A stretch of DNA of 64,000 bases from NCBI RefSeq assembly GCF_963676685.1, contig NC_092355.1, positions 62,248,001-62,312,000 on the forward strand. The letters are read 5' to 3'. Both the position numbers and the translations under genes were made by a program. Source of the DNA: Mytilus edulis (lineage: Eukaryota). Below are positions 1 through 12,029 of the stretch, in pieces; the stretch's first letter is position 1, and each line of letters opens with the position of its first letter. The notes below the pieces were generated by a model that saw only the letters and a program-made list of their open reading frames with translations, searched no databases and had not been told where the DNA came from.

Positions 1-79
1 TTAAATACTATTCTAAATAAAATAGCTTTGAGAATCGTGTAAAAAGCGTTCGTTGTTCAGTCGTCAATGAATCATTCAA

Positions 80-300
80 CGTGCGTGTATCGTGCGTGTA
101 TCGTGCGTGCGTGTATCGTGTATTTATCATTCATCGTGCATCGTGCGTGTATCGTGCGTTCATCATTCATCATTCATTTTGCGTTAATCCTCCGTGTAAC
201 GCTCATCGCTCATCGTGCGTGTATCGTGTATCGTGCGTGTACCGTGCGTGTATCGTGCATTCACCGTGCGTGTATCGTGCGTGCGTGTATCGTGCGTGTG
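80..300. repeat. Imperfect minisatellite (CGTGCGTGTAT)n
   Basis: Repeated cgtgcgtgtat/cgtg units; explains the low-complexity ORFs 67..366, 81..317 and 184..411. Confidence 0.9.
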
Positions 301-325
301 GTCAGTTTGAATTTTAGAAGGTCTG

Positions 326-2467
326 TACAAGTGGAGACAGCTGAACACAGTGCTATTTCTATATAAAACTTTATGAAATATGAGATACAGGCGGACACAA
401 GGGGACACCACGTTATTTCTATATATGAAACTGATAAAATCTGCTGGCTACAAGTGGACACAGCTGGACACAGTGCTATTTCTATATAACACTTTATGAA
501 ATAGGGGATACAGGCGGACACAAGTGGACACAACGTTATTTCTATATGAAACTGATAAAATATGCTGGCTACAAGTGGACACAGCTGGACACAGTGCTAT
601 TTCTATATAAAACTCTATGAAATAGGGAGATACAGGCGGACACAAGTGGACACAACGTTATTTCTATATATGAAACTGATAAAATCTGCTGGCTACAAGT
701 GGACACAGCTGAACACAGTGCTATTTCTATATAAAACTTTATGAAATAGGGGATACAGGCGGACACAAGTGGACACAACGTTATTTCCATATAAAACTTT
801 ATTAAATGGGGGCTACAGGCGGACACAGCTGGACACAGTGCTATTTCTATATAAAACTTTATGAAATAGGGGATACAGGCGGACACAAGTGGACACAACG
901 TTATTTCCATATAAAACTTATAAAATATGCTGGCTACAAGTGGACACAGCTGGACACAGTGCTATTTCTATATAAAACTTTATGAAATAGGGGGATACAG
1001 GCGGACACAAGTGGACACAACGTTATTTCTATATATGAAACTGATAAAATCTACTGGCTACAAGTGGACACAGCTGAACACAGTGCTATTTCTATATAAC
1101 ACTTTATGAAATAGGGGGATACAGGCGGACACAAGGGGACACCACGTTATTTCTATATATGAAACTGATAAAATCTGCTGGCTACAAGTGGACACAGCTG
1201 AACACAGTGCTATTTCTATATAAAACTATGAAATAGGGGGATACAGGCGGACACAAGTGGACACAACGTTATTTCCATATAAAACTTATAAAATCTGCTG
1301 GCTACAAGTGGACACAGCTGAACACAGTGCTATTTCTATATAAAACTTTATGAAATATGAGATACAGGCGGACACAAGGGGACACCACGTTATTTCTATA
1401 TATGAAACTGATAAAATCTGCTGGCTACAAGTGGACACAGCTGGACACAGTGCTATTTCTATATAACACTTTATGAAATAGGGGATACAGGCGGACACAA
1501 GTGGACACAACGTTATTTCTATATGAAACTGATAAAATCTGCTGGCTACAAGTGGACACAGCTGGACACAGTGCTATTTCTATATAAAACTCTATGAAAT
1601 AGGGGGATACAGGCGGACACAAGTGGACACAACGTTATTTCTATATATGAAACTTATGAAATATGCTGGTTACAAGTGGACACAGCTGGACACAGTGCTA
1701 TTTCTATATAAAACTTTATGAAATAGGGGATACAGGCGGACACAAGTGGACACAACGTTATTTCCATATAAAACTTATAAAATATGCTGGCTACAAGTGG
1801 TCACAGCTGACACAGTGCTATTTCTATATAAAACTTTATGAAATAGGGGGATACAGGCGGACACAAGTGGACACAACGTTATTTCCATATAAAACTTATA
1901 AAATATGCTGGCTACAAGTGGACACAGCTCGACACAGAGCTATTTCTATATAAAACTTTATGAAATAGGGGGATACAGGCGGACACAAGTGGACACAACG
2001 TTATTTCTATATATGAAACTGATAAAATCTGCTGGCTACAAGTGGACACAGCTGGACACAGAGCTATTTCTATATAAAACTTTATGAAATAGGGGATACA
2101 GGCGGACACAAGTGAACACAACGTTATTTCTATATAAAACTTATAAAATATGCTGGCTACAAGTGGACACAGCTGGACACATGCTATTTCTATATAAAAC
2201 TTTATGAAATAGGGGGATACAGGCGGACACAAGTGGACACAACGTTATTTCCATATAAAACTTATAAAATCTGCTGGCTACAAGTGGACACAGCTGGACA
2301 CAGTGCTATTTCTATATAAAACTTTATGAAATAGGGGGATACAGGCGGACACAAGTGTACACAACGTTAATTCTTTATAAAATTTGTAAAATCAGCTGGC
2401 TACAAGTGGACACAGCTGGACACAGTGCTATTCCTATATAAAACTCTAAGAATTTGGGGGCTACAAG
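326..2467. repeat. Tandem satellite, ~122-bp unit made of two related ~61-bp subunits, ~17 copies
   Basis: Unit tacaagtggacacagctggacacagtgctatttctatataaaactttatgaaatagggga + tacaggcggacacaagtggacacaacgttatttctatatatgaaactgataaaatctgctggc; a variant block recurs at a 977-bp offset. Confidence 0.95.
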
Positions 2468-2528
2468 CGAGAAGCAATACGTAGAGAATCATCAATTTAA
2501 GGGCATTTAATATCTTAAATATACAAGA

Positions 2529-2653
2529 TTAGGTCAATGTCAGAAAAATATAAACTTTTTTGTACGAGGCTGAGAAACTTGGGAAGGGCGAGCCTCGCCC
2601 CCAGTTTTGCGCCGAGTACAAACAAAGTTTATATTTTTATGACATTGACCTAA
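2529..2653. mobile_element. Palindromic (fold-back) miniature element
   Basis: Arm ttaggtcaatgtcagaaaaatataaactttt pairs with aaagtttatatttttatgacattgacctaa; central hairpin gggcgagcctcgccc at 2586-2600. Confidence 0.7.
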
Positions 2654-2747
2654 ATTAATATTGTTTTCATACTGCAACTTAAATTAATAAATTGATAGTT
2701 TTTTAAATCGTAACACAAATGTAAAACTTATTTTCATCCCTTAATTG

Positions 2748-2910
2748 AGGGAGTCCTGATCCCGAATTCCTGGGCTTAAAAACACGCAATCCCGGGGTCC
2801 CGAATTAAAATAAATTTAAATCCCGACATCCCGAAATTCAAATTAGAATTCCCGGATCCCGAAAGGGTCAATCCCGAAATCCCGAGCTTTAAAACACCCG
2901 ATCCCGGACA
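2748..2910. repeat. ATCCCGA-rich interspersed repeat fragment
   Basis: About ten dispersed atcccga/tcccgg motifs within 160 bp, as in subterminal repeats of non-autonomous DNA elements. Confidence 0.5.
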
Positions 2911-3157
2911 TATGAACATATTCTAATTCAGTTTATGCTCTTTAGCTTTGGAAATTATAAAACCGGTACATGCTGGTGTATTTCAGATACATGTTTTGTT
3001 GGAATTATTTTTGTATTGTATCTCTTAAGAAGGAGATGCGAGTTGTATTTAAGAGCAACAATTCCCTTTAATTTCAGTCAAAGTTAGAAATTCAGTATAT
3101 GGCTTGACCACATGTTATTTTGATTTTTGAAGATAAAAATCCTTCAATTTATTTAAA

Positions 3158-3620
3158 TTTTTTATGCCCCACGATAGTAGAGGGTCATTATGTTTTCTGG
3201 TCTGTGCGTCCGTTCGTTCGTCCGACTGTTCGTCCGTCTGTCTCGCTTCAGGTTAAAGTTTTTGGTCAAGATAGGTTTTGATAAAGTTGAAGTCCAACCA
3301 ACTTGAAACTTAGTACACATGTGCCCTATGATATGATCTTTCTCATTTTATTGCCAAATTAGAGTTTTGATCCCAATTTCACGGTCCACTGAACATAGGA
3401 AATGATAGTGCAAATTTCAGGCAACCGTTAAAGTTTTTGGTCAAGGTAGGTTTTTACGAAGTTGAAGTCCAATCAACTTGAAACTTAGTATACATGTTCC
3501 CTATGATATGATGATTCTAATCTAAATGTCAAATTAGAGATTTTATTCTAATTTCACGATCCACTAAACATAGAAATAATAGTGCGAGTTGTGCATCCGT
3601 GTACTATGGACACATTCACC
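3158..3620 (+). mobile_element. Non-autonomous Helentron-like (HINE/DINE-type) element
   Basis: T-rich start tttttatgcccc, short stem-loop, (GTCC/GTTC)n microsatellite, two tandem ~180-bp core repeats (3250-3420, 3428-3590), 3' end gcatccgtgtactatggacacattc. Confidence 0.7.
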
Positions 3621-5496
3621 GGCTTATTTTCTATGCATACAAAAACTCCAGTTGAATTTTATCCAAATATATTAAATTATATTGTGACTTTTTTCTTGTG
3701 ACTATTTTCCCTTAACTTTATTCCTAGGTATTTTGTGACTTTATTAAGTTCAAGATTTTCTTAAAATGAGCACTTTTGTGTTAGGCTTACTAAAACATTT
3801 TACAATGTCACATTTTTTTATTTGTTGGCCTATAAACCCATAAGAAACAAAATAAAAAAAATCTCAAAAGAACTGTTTCCTTCCATTTTTATGCGAGAAA
3901 ACGTCAACAGTCATCATTATCGTCTTTTTTTTTACATATTCACCAGCACCAATCAGGACCAAATCACAAGTACAGAAAGTGTTTTTGTAGGACAACCCAC
4001 CGTGATGTAGACATTTTTTCGTATCGTACTGCACGCATGGAGTGTGTTACGAAAATGAAAAACTTAATTTTGATAATTAGATAAATCAGTACCCAAATGA
4101 CAGAAACTGAATGGAAAACGAATATAAATTAATTTTTCAGAATTTATCTAAATGCATTCAAGGCCTAGCTGTTATACTAGGTCCGAATGCATCAAGCTTC
4201 TTATGTAAAAAAAAATGTTTCGAAAACGGACTGATTTTTTATATAAGTCGTCGTCCTACGATGAATTACGATACAAAACAAAATTTGCTGAGAAATTCTT
4301 TCTTCAAATTTTTTAATAGGGTTATAGATCTTACTACGTAAAATTTGAAATTATTTTGTATTTTTTTTCCCTCAAAAATAGGCTTTCGCAATAAAGATAA
4401 GAACTAAGTAATATTTCAGAATTTCAATATTTCAAGAAATGTATTTATTACTGGACAAGAATTAGTTTCATGAATTTTTCTAAAAAAAAAAAATAAAAAA
4501 AATTAACATACTGAGTATGTAAGCAGGAACATATATATTGACATATTTAGATAAACTGTTCCCATATGTAAGCTGTCTATGATAAATTATAATGTTCAAC
4601 TATATCAGGAGTTTCTAGAAAAATAGGATGAAAAAACGATAAACTATGCAAAACGAATGTCTAACTTGTGAAGCTTACTTTGGTATTCTAAGCAACAAAA
4701 ATAGTGATTCTTTATGTAGATTTAGAACATTGAACACAAAAAAATCTTTTGAAACTTGTAGATGGCAGATTAATCAGAGAGAAAATTTCATTTGTATTTT
4801 AAATGTTTATCCTATTGAGGACGCGTTTCATTATGTTTTTGAATATTCTGCAAAAGTAGACAAACGCTGTTAAAACTATAGTTGATCCCTAAGGATGCCA
4901 CATTTTGTAATGAATTCGATCAATAATTTAACGTTTGCAAATGAAATAAAATGAATGGAAATTTTTCCGACTTTGTGTAGATTTCTCAATTGGGTTCATA
5001 GATTCTGGTAACAATATATATGTTCCTGATAAATTACAAAGTTGAAACTAAACAACAAGTTTATTTAACATTTTTGCAAATACAATATATATTTTTTTTC
5101 TTCAAAGGAACCCTTTTTGTTTGTTTACCGGGGCGAGTTTACTTGTATGTGTTTATTACCTTCACAGTGACACACCTAATTATTAGAGATCAGACGACCT
5201 AATCAACGCAGTTATCTTGTAACTTGTATTGCATAACTTCCTCCAATAAAGGAGCACCTCAATTAATGAGTATTCCACCACCAGTTCAAAAGTACATATA
5301 TCTGAATTTTTAAAATATAAAAGTCACACAGGTAGACATCTATCATCATTAAAAGGAATATTAAAAGTGTTTTGTATTTTTGTGATTTTACTTTTTTTTT
5401 GTATATACATATGTATCGGCATAAAACTATGAGCTCATTCAACGTCATGAAATTTAAAATTTAAAATACTTCCTCGATATTTACAGTTTATTTACA

Positions 5497-6321
5497 TATA
5501 TATATATATATATATGATCAGCAGAAATCGTTCTTCTGGTTTTACTTAAGATAGCCAACTTTTATCTGTATACAGTGTAGTGTGGCCACGTACCCACGCT
5601 TACTGCTTCATAGGACTTTATGCTGAGTTGTAGTAAGTTTCATTAAAGTGTGGCGAGATCCACGCTTATTCTCTGATAAACAATATATATTTAGCCTCTT
5701 CAGTAAAGTGTGGCGAGATCCACGCTTTTGTTGTGTTGACGTATATGTTTGCATTAGAAGGCGTTATGGACTATGGTTGAGTTAACAAGTGTGGCGAAAT
5801 CCACGCTCATTTTGAATTAATGTTGAGATCGCTTCGTAGTTGTGTCCGTAGAGTGTGGCGTAACCCACGCTCACGGTGTCTATCAAGCTAACTTGATGTT
5901 CGATCGATATCATTGAGAATTCTCGACCTGCTTGTGTGTAGTAGAAAGCATAGTCTCCTTGATTGAATTGTCACAACTGGGTTCCGGTAATCCAATTGTA
6001 CTTGAATCAATTATCACTTGGATAAGGTCTACTTCGCTACCGTTGTGTTTGAATTGAATACTGAGCTTTTCGTTTAGCAGTTGGATATTGCTTAAAATTG
6101 ATTTTCTCTGGTTCGACAGTGCAGGACAAAGCAGAAAGAAATGTTCCAAGGTTTCATCTGATGTTCGGCACAAAGGACACGTTGCCAATAGTCCTTTGTT
6201 TTTTGAATGCCTTGTTCTGTCAGCCATGAGTATATAACTTCCTGTTGCTATTCTTAATTTTACAGGTATTCTCATAGCTTCTTGCATAGCATTACTAGCA
6301 GATAGGTTTACCAATACATGT
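5497..6321 (-). mobile_element. 3' part of APE-type non-LTR retrotransposon (RTEX-like): ORF2 C-terminal CCHC zinc knuckle, 3' UTR, (TA)n tail
   Basis: ORF 5910..6314 VKLRIATGSYILM...CPLCRTSDETLEHFFLLCPAL; (TA)n at 5497-5515; joins the 9176 fragment in frame once the insertion is removed. Confidence 0.85.
5579..5871. repeat. Array of five 20-22 bp palindromic repeats (AGTGTGG-loop-CCACGCT) with 40-61 bp spacers, in the LINE 3' UTR
   Basis: Repeats at 5579-5600, 5647-5666, 5707-5726, 5788-5807, 5852-5871; stem arms invariant, loops variable. Confidence 0.85.
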
Positions 6322-7199
6322 CAGTCGGAAACACGGTTGAAATAGAACAAAAGAATCGAAGCTCTTTGTTAGAGAAGGCGATAAATGTGTACTGTAATGT
6401 TTACTATAGTGACAAAAAAAAAAAAAAAAAAGTTAATAGAAACAAACAAAATTACAATTTTCTTCTCAATAACGAAGTGTTATATTTCAAAAACACCATT
6501 TGCATAAGTTTTCAATTTATCTAGTACATAGTTAAGCAGAACAATTAGATAGCAGGTCGACAATATGGGTATCTTTCAAGTTGGATGTAGAAAATGCATA
6601 TCCTCCGATTTCTTTTAAAAAATTACCACGGACGGAAAACATATCAATCTATTAGTTCAGTAATTTTCGTGTCTGCCCTTCTATTATGTGACTCAAGAAA
6701 ATATTCCAAAAAATGGGTAACAATAGTATCGAGAAGAGAAAATCGAGTGCACCTTTTTATTTTAGGGCGTGTTTGAGTTGAATATTTTGTCTTGATATCG
6801 TACAAAGCAAGCATGTTTCATACACCGTCTCGCTTCAGATTCTATCATATTTATATATCAAAGCTACAGGTTGACTTTATAACATAAAAATCACAGTACT
6901 AAAAGATGAAGTATATGGGTCAAGTGAAATACCTATCTAATGAATCACAAAAACAGAGTAGGTGTGTTCGAATAGCTATTATTTTACTAAAAGTACTTGA
7001 CGACAGTCTTTCAAGTTGGATGATGAAAATGCATATCTTCGAAAAATTATAATTTTCTGTGTGTGATAACTAGGGTTTGTAGTCTTCAACAACTAAACAA
7101 ATCTAGTCTGCCCTTCCACGAAATATTTAATTAGAATATTTTAAATGTTTATGAATTTTCAAAAATTCCACCTGACAACCGATCAGACAATAGTTTTAA

Positions 7200-8936
7200 G
7201 AGGGGGGGCAAGGGGGGTCCCAATAACAGTAAAACAGCAAATTGATTTGGCTCATAACAGATAACAAGGAATTAAAATGGACAAAAACAGATAACAGTAA
7301 ATGAAATATTAAAATAATTCGGTTTTTGACAAATCAGTATTTCTTATTACGGATATAATCCTTTGTAATGCATTCCATTTTTTATGACTATGTTTTTAGT
7401 ATTAATTTATGTGTCTAGAATGTGTTTAAACTACTACTCAATATATTATAATATTTTTTATACGCTCGTTCACGGAACGTATTATGGTATACTGTTGTCC
7501 GTCTGTTGTCAAAATGTCGGACATTAACTCAAAAACACTTTAACCATTTGAATTAAACTTTGGGAAATTGTTTATATCTATTGACGTGAGCTCCCTTTTT
7601 GGTTTTTTTTTTTTTTTATAAATTTTAGATTTTAAGTTTCTGGGTAGGTAATGGGTTTTTATTCAATAAAATTGGTGGTTTTTTTTTCAGTTTTCTGATA
7701 ATATCTCAAAAATGCTTTCAAAAAGCAAGGAATTTTGGTGAATTGTTTATATCTATTAACATGAGGTAACTTTCAATTTTTATAAATTTTAGATTTTACG
7801 TTTCCGAGTTAACGGGTTTTATTAATTAAAAAGGGGTGATTTTCCAGTTTTCAGACATTAACACAAAAATGTTTTCAGCAGTTCTCATGAAACGTTGGTG
7901 TATTGTTTATATATATTGACTGAAGCTCCCTTTGTTGCTAATAAAAAAAGAGTTTGAATATTCTGACTTTTTCTAAATGACCATTTAATGAGGTGTGTGA
8001 ATTTTTATTAATAAAACTATGAGGCAAAGTGGTATATAGGGTAGAAAAATCAAAAGCACCAATTATAAGAATGCAATTTATCAAGTACTTCGAACGAATT
8101 TTGACACTCTAAAAGCAATTTATTCCACTATTTTCAAAGGCCTTATTTGAACAATTTTTTATCAGCTGAGGTTTTTGATTGTACCAAGTGTACTAGTAAG
8201 TAGAATACATAGTTTAGTAGGGAAACAATGGCTTGAAACGAAATAAATCTTTGTTTGTAATGAGTTATGTGCAGCTTCGGACCCAAGTACATGGTTGGAA
8301 CTTTCATTGTACAATGCATTTGGTTCTGCTTTGAAAAGAATTACAGAGCTGAGTCTATGTACCATATAATATAAAAGGTTAAGTGGTTGTTAGGACCTTG
8401 TCCTTAACTGAGATCCTTGTAAGATACTCCTGGCCATATGTTTTCCTTTTTGTCATATTAAGAATTGTTTTAATTTAATATGTTCGTACGGAAAACAAGG
8501 AACATTATTCTCATACAAAAAATTAAGATAATTCTAAATACACATTCATAAAAAAAAATGGAATTTATTACAAAGGATAATCATAAGATATACTTGAATT
8601 GTCCTGGACCTCACTTCTGTGATGTGTATATGTTAATGGAATCCTTCTCTGAATACGGGACAAACATATTAGTAGTGGTAGACCCCAATGGCCAATGATC
8701 TTCAATTTATACCGAATATTGACTGTCAAAAAAAATGCTAACATTCCAATTTTCAATAACAGTTAACAGCAAATACATTATCACAATAACAGATAACAAA
8801 AAAACTAAAAGCCCAATAACAGCTAACAAAGAATAAGACAATAACAGCTAACAGCAAATATATTTTCAAAATAACAGATAACAAAGAATTAAATTGCCCC
8901 ATAACAGCATAACAGTTAAACCCCTTGCCCCCCCTC
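7200..8936. mobile_element. Nested TIR element, 16-bp perfect TIR GAGGGGGGGCAAGGGG, flanked by TTTTAA direct repeats
   Basis: TIRs at 7200-7215 and 8921-8936; TTTTAA at 7194-7199 and 8937-8942; ATAACAG repeat clusters near both ends. Confidence 0.8.
7454..7945 (+). mobile_element. Helentron-like non-autonomous element nested in the TIR element
   Basis: tttttatacgc start, gtccgtctg microsatellite, ~175-180 bp tandem core repeats (aattgtttatatctattgac...). Confidence 0.55.
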
Positions 8937-9175
8937 TTTTAAGTTGAATAAATGCAGATAAGATCATTAACTGATGCTCATTAGCGAGTTGATACATTTC
9001 TCTTATAAAATGCAACTGACATATAAGGATCGTACTGGTGCAATGGGGATAAATTTATCGGTTTCCAAGAGCAAAATTGGTAGCGCGTCATCCCTACAAT
9101 GGCTTCCATTTCTACGATTGTGAAAATGAACTGGCGTAATGGGGAGACAATTTTGACGAAGTAGGATCCTGACTG

Positions 9176-11700
9176 ATGTGTCTTTTCTGGTATATATTGA
9201 CTATTTAAATACTTTAGTGAGGGTACAGCTTACAATGACCCTCGATAAAATGTTTCCAATACTTTGATACTTCTTTATTTACCATGGTCTTCCATTTTAA
9301 TTTTTGAATTTGACTGTCTAATAGATATAAAGTTGATGGTAAGTTGTATTTCGCTAGAATCGTTTTAACAATAATAAACCAGCTGTGACTATCATCCGTT
9401 TTCATAGGTAGTTGTCTATATGCAATTTGTTTTTCTAAACTATTATGTGGTTGTCTAGATATATTTCCAAATAATGATAAGATCTTTTTATGTATTTGGC
9501 CCTCTATTGGTAGTTGTCCAGAAAGGATGTATATGGCGGGCGTAGCTGTACTTGTTGGTAAAGAAAGTAATTGCTTAATGCATTTTTTATGGAATATGTC
9601 AATAATATCCAAGTTTTTTCCTGTAGGAGTTACTAATTCCAGGCAGTACAGAAGTACAGATATGACATAGATGTTAAATATATGTAGTAAGGATTGTATG
9701 TCCAGTCCATTTTACCCATGCAAACCAGCTGGTATTAGACTGTACATGGTCGTCTAGCTTTTTTCACGTTTTCATACAACGGATTAGGATCATCTGGTTT
9801 TGATGTGCGTAAGACCCTCTTATGGGTTGTTTGGCTAACTATTGGCATTATTGAGTTACCTATACTCCATGGAAAGGAAGGTTCCTGCTGTTTTCTACGA
9901 TTTGGATACACTGGAAGAATAACACTCTTCACTGGTTGAAGCTTATATCTCTCCCTTCGACTGTAGTTGTATGCCATGTTAATAAGTACCTGTAGTTCCT
10001 CAGGGTTGTCGCTCATTAGTGCCACATCATCTGCACAAGTCGGAGCTGCGCAACAAATGGATCCTATTTTTGCTCCCAATCCTGAGTGCTCGATATCTGT
10101 TAGGAGGTTATTGATGTACAGCTTGTACAGGTCGGCGTTCAGTATACCCCCTTGTTTTACGCCTTGACATATTGAGAATGGTTCAGATATTATACCATTA
10201 AATTTAACTACACTGCTAGTCCATGTGAAGACTATGTATAAGTTTCCGTAGTAGCCAATCTACACCTGCTATGTATAGCTTTCTTAGGATACTCTCATGC
10301 GTTACCACATCAAATGCCGATTTAGCATCTAGAAGCGCTATATATATTATTTTACCAGCATCCCTGCACTCTCTGACAAATTCTTCTATAAAGAAGGAGC
10401 AGTTCATTGGAGCTGAGTTCTCAGTCAATCCTCTTTGTAGCCTATTTTGTTCTTTCAATATTTTAGGTTGGACCTTAGCCTTTGCTACAGGCTCAATTAG
10501 TTTCAGCAGTATTGGCATGATAGTAATCCCGCTATAGTTGGTGACGTTCTTGTTACTTCCTTTGTTCTTGAATACAGGAGTGAGGAGACCCATTTTGAGT
10601 ATTTCAGGTATTGATCATATTTTAAATGATGATACTATCATATTTGTTATAACTGTTTGCAGCTTTTCACCACCATATTTGATATTTTCAGAGGATATGC
10701 TATAATTGTCTGGAGATTTGTTTATTTTCAATCCATTTATGGCATCTTGGACATCTTTTTTCAGTTACAGAGATGGTATTAGTTTGATTGTTACATATAT
10801 CAATTATATTGTCTAGATCTAATGCTAGCTGTTTGTAATATTCGTCGTCGTCATATTCAGGATCATTTGCTGGTTGAGCTAATTTATTGAAATGATGTTT
10901 CCATCCAACTATAATTTCATTGTCAGATTTATATATATATTATCTTGTACATTCAGTTCGGATATACAATTCTTCAGGTTTCCCTTTTTTTTACCAAGTA
11001 ACTTGTAAAATATTTGATCATGTTTAGTTCTAGCATCTAAAATTTCTTGTCTATCATTGAGGACTTTCATCGCTATCTCTTTTCTACATGTTTTTCAAAG
11101 TTCGTATTTCGCAAATTTCATATCACAGTATATTTTGTTGTTCGATGATGTCGGTCTTTCATTTGCTTTCCATTTTGGTAAAGCTTCTTTACATCTTTTA
11201 CTCGCTTGATTTGTTTTAAAGGATCTTATTTTAGGTTTTTGTTTCTTTCTTTTGTATACCTTGGCTCTAGGTGCTGATTCTATTGCTGCATTTTTCATAA
11301 TGGTTTTAACTTGTGTCATAACTTTAATTAGCTCATGACCCGATTGAATCTCACTTGAAATAGCTGTTAGTGACTTGTTAACATTGTCCTCGTATAGATT
11401 CACGTCAATAGTACTCCATTTAATTTTCCTATTAGTAGGCAATATTTTTGTACTTTGTTGCCTATGTTCTATTTTGACATTTAGTCTGCAGGTTATAGGA
11501 TAATGATCAGAGACTAAAGAACTACAGGAGTCAAGTTTAAGATAACTGGAATGGTTCTCAAACAGCTCTTTATCTAGTAATATGTAGTCAATAGAGGATG
11601 TTTCTTCATGCTTATAGTTTATGAATGTATCGGTATTGAATATGATCATCGCTCGTGCATGACTAATCCCAAATAACGGCACTACCGATAAAATTGATTT
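9176..11700 (-). pseudogene. Degenerate LINE ORF2 (APE endonuclease C-terminus + reverse transcriptase); same element as 5497-6321
   Basis: APE motifs SSIDYILL and SDHYPI; RT motifs NYSGITIMPIL, QRG, LLDAKSAFDVV, GVKQGG, PTCADDVAL; broken by stops and frameshifts. Confidence 0.92.
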
Positions 11701-11819
11701 TACAAAAAAAAAGAAAACTGTAAGCATTCCTTAACGCTCACTCTGTCCTGAGTTGACTTTTTTATGTCCTGACGTACCTCAAAATTGTTGCTTCATTTTG
11801 TTGATTTAGGAAAAAATGA

Positions 11820-12015
11820 ACACAAAAATCCATAAAGAAATTGGTAGCTGGCGAAAAATTCAGAGAGAAAATCGTGTTTGTACTTTGTGTAATTTCTGTG
11901 ATATTGGCGACGAGTTCCATTTTAGAATGTCCGGCAATAGACAAAAGTAGACGAATGCTACTAAAGCATCAAAATAATATCCACATTAATTTTTTATTTA
12001 AGTAAAATAATAAAA
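11820..12015 (+). mobile_element. Short 3'-end fragment of another LINE (CR1/L2-group-like)
   Basis: Translates KEIGSWRKIQRENRVCTLCNFCDIGDEFH..LECPA (C-terminal cysteine motif), followed by an AATAAA-rich tail. Confidence 0.6.
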
Positions 12016-12029
12016 TCTCTGTAAAAATA

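Larger units (their letters stand above)
6322..9175. mobile_element. Non-autonomous DNA element inserted in the LINE ORF2; CAGTC...GACTG termini, 4-bp TSD ATGT
   Basis: ATGT at 6318-6321 and 9176-9179; removing the insert restores the LINE frame PEKTH-VLVNLS. Confidence 0.75.

Noticed and set aside
67-2232. Many Cys-rich short ORFs
   Set aside because: Translations of the minisatellite and 122-bp satellite; the unit is not a multiple of 3 and frames break repeatedly.
5579-5871. Bona fide prokaryotic CRISPR array
   Set aside because: Repeats are only 20-22 bp, spacer lengths are irregular, there are no cas genes or leader, and the context is a eukaryotic LINE; kept as a CRISPR-like finding only.
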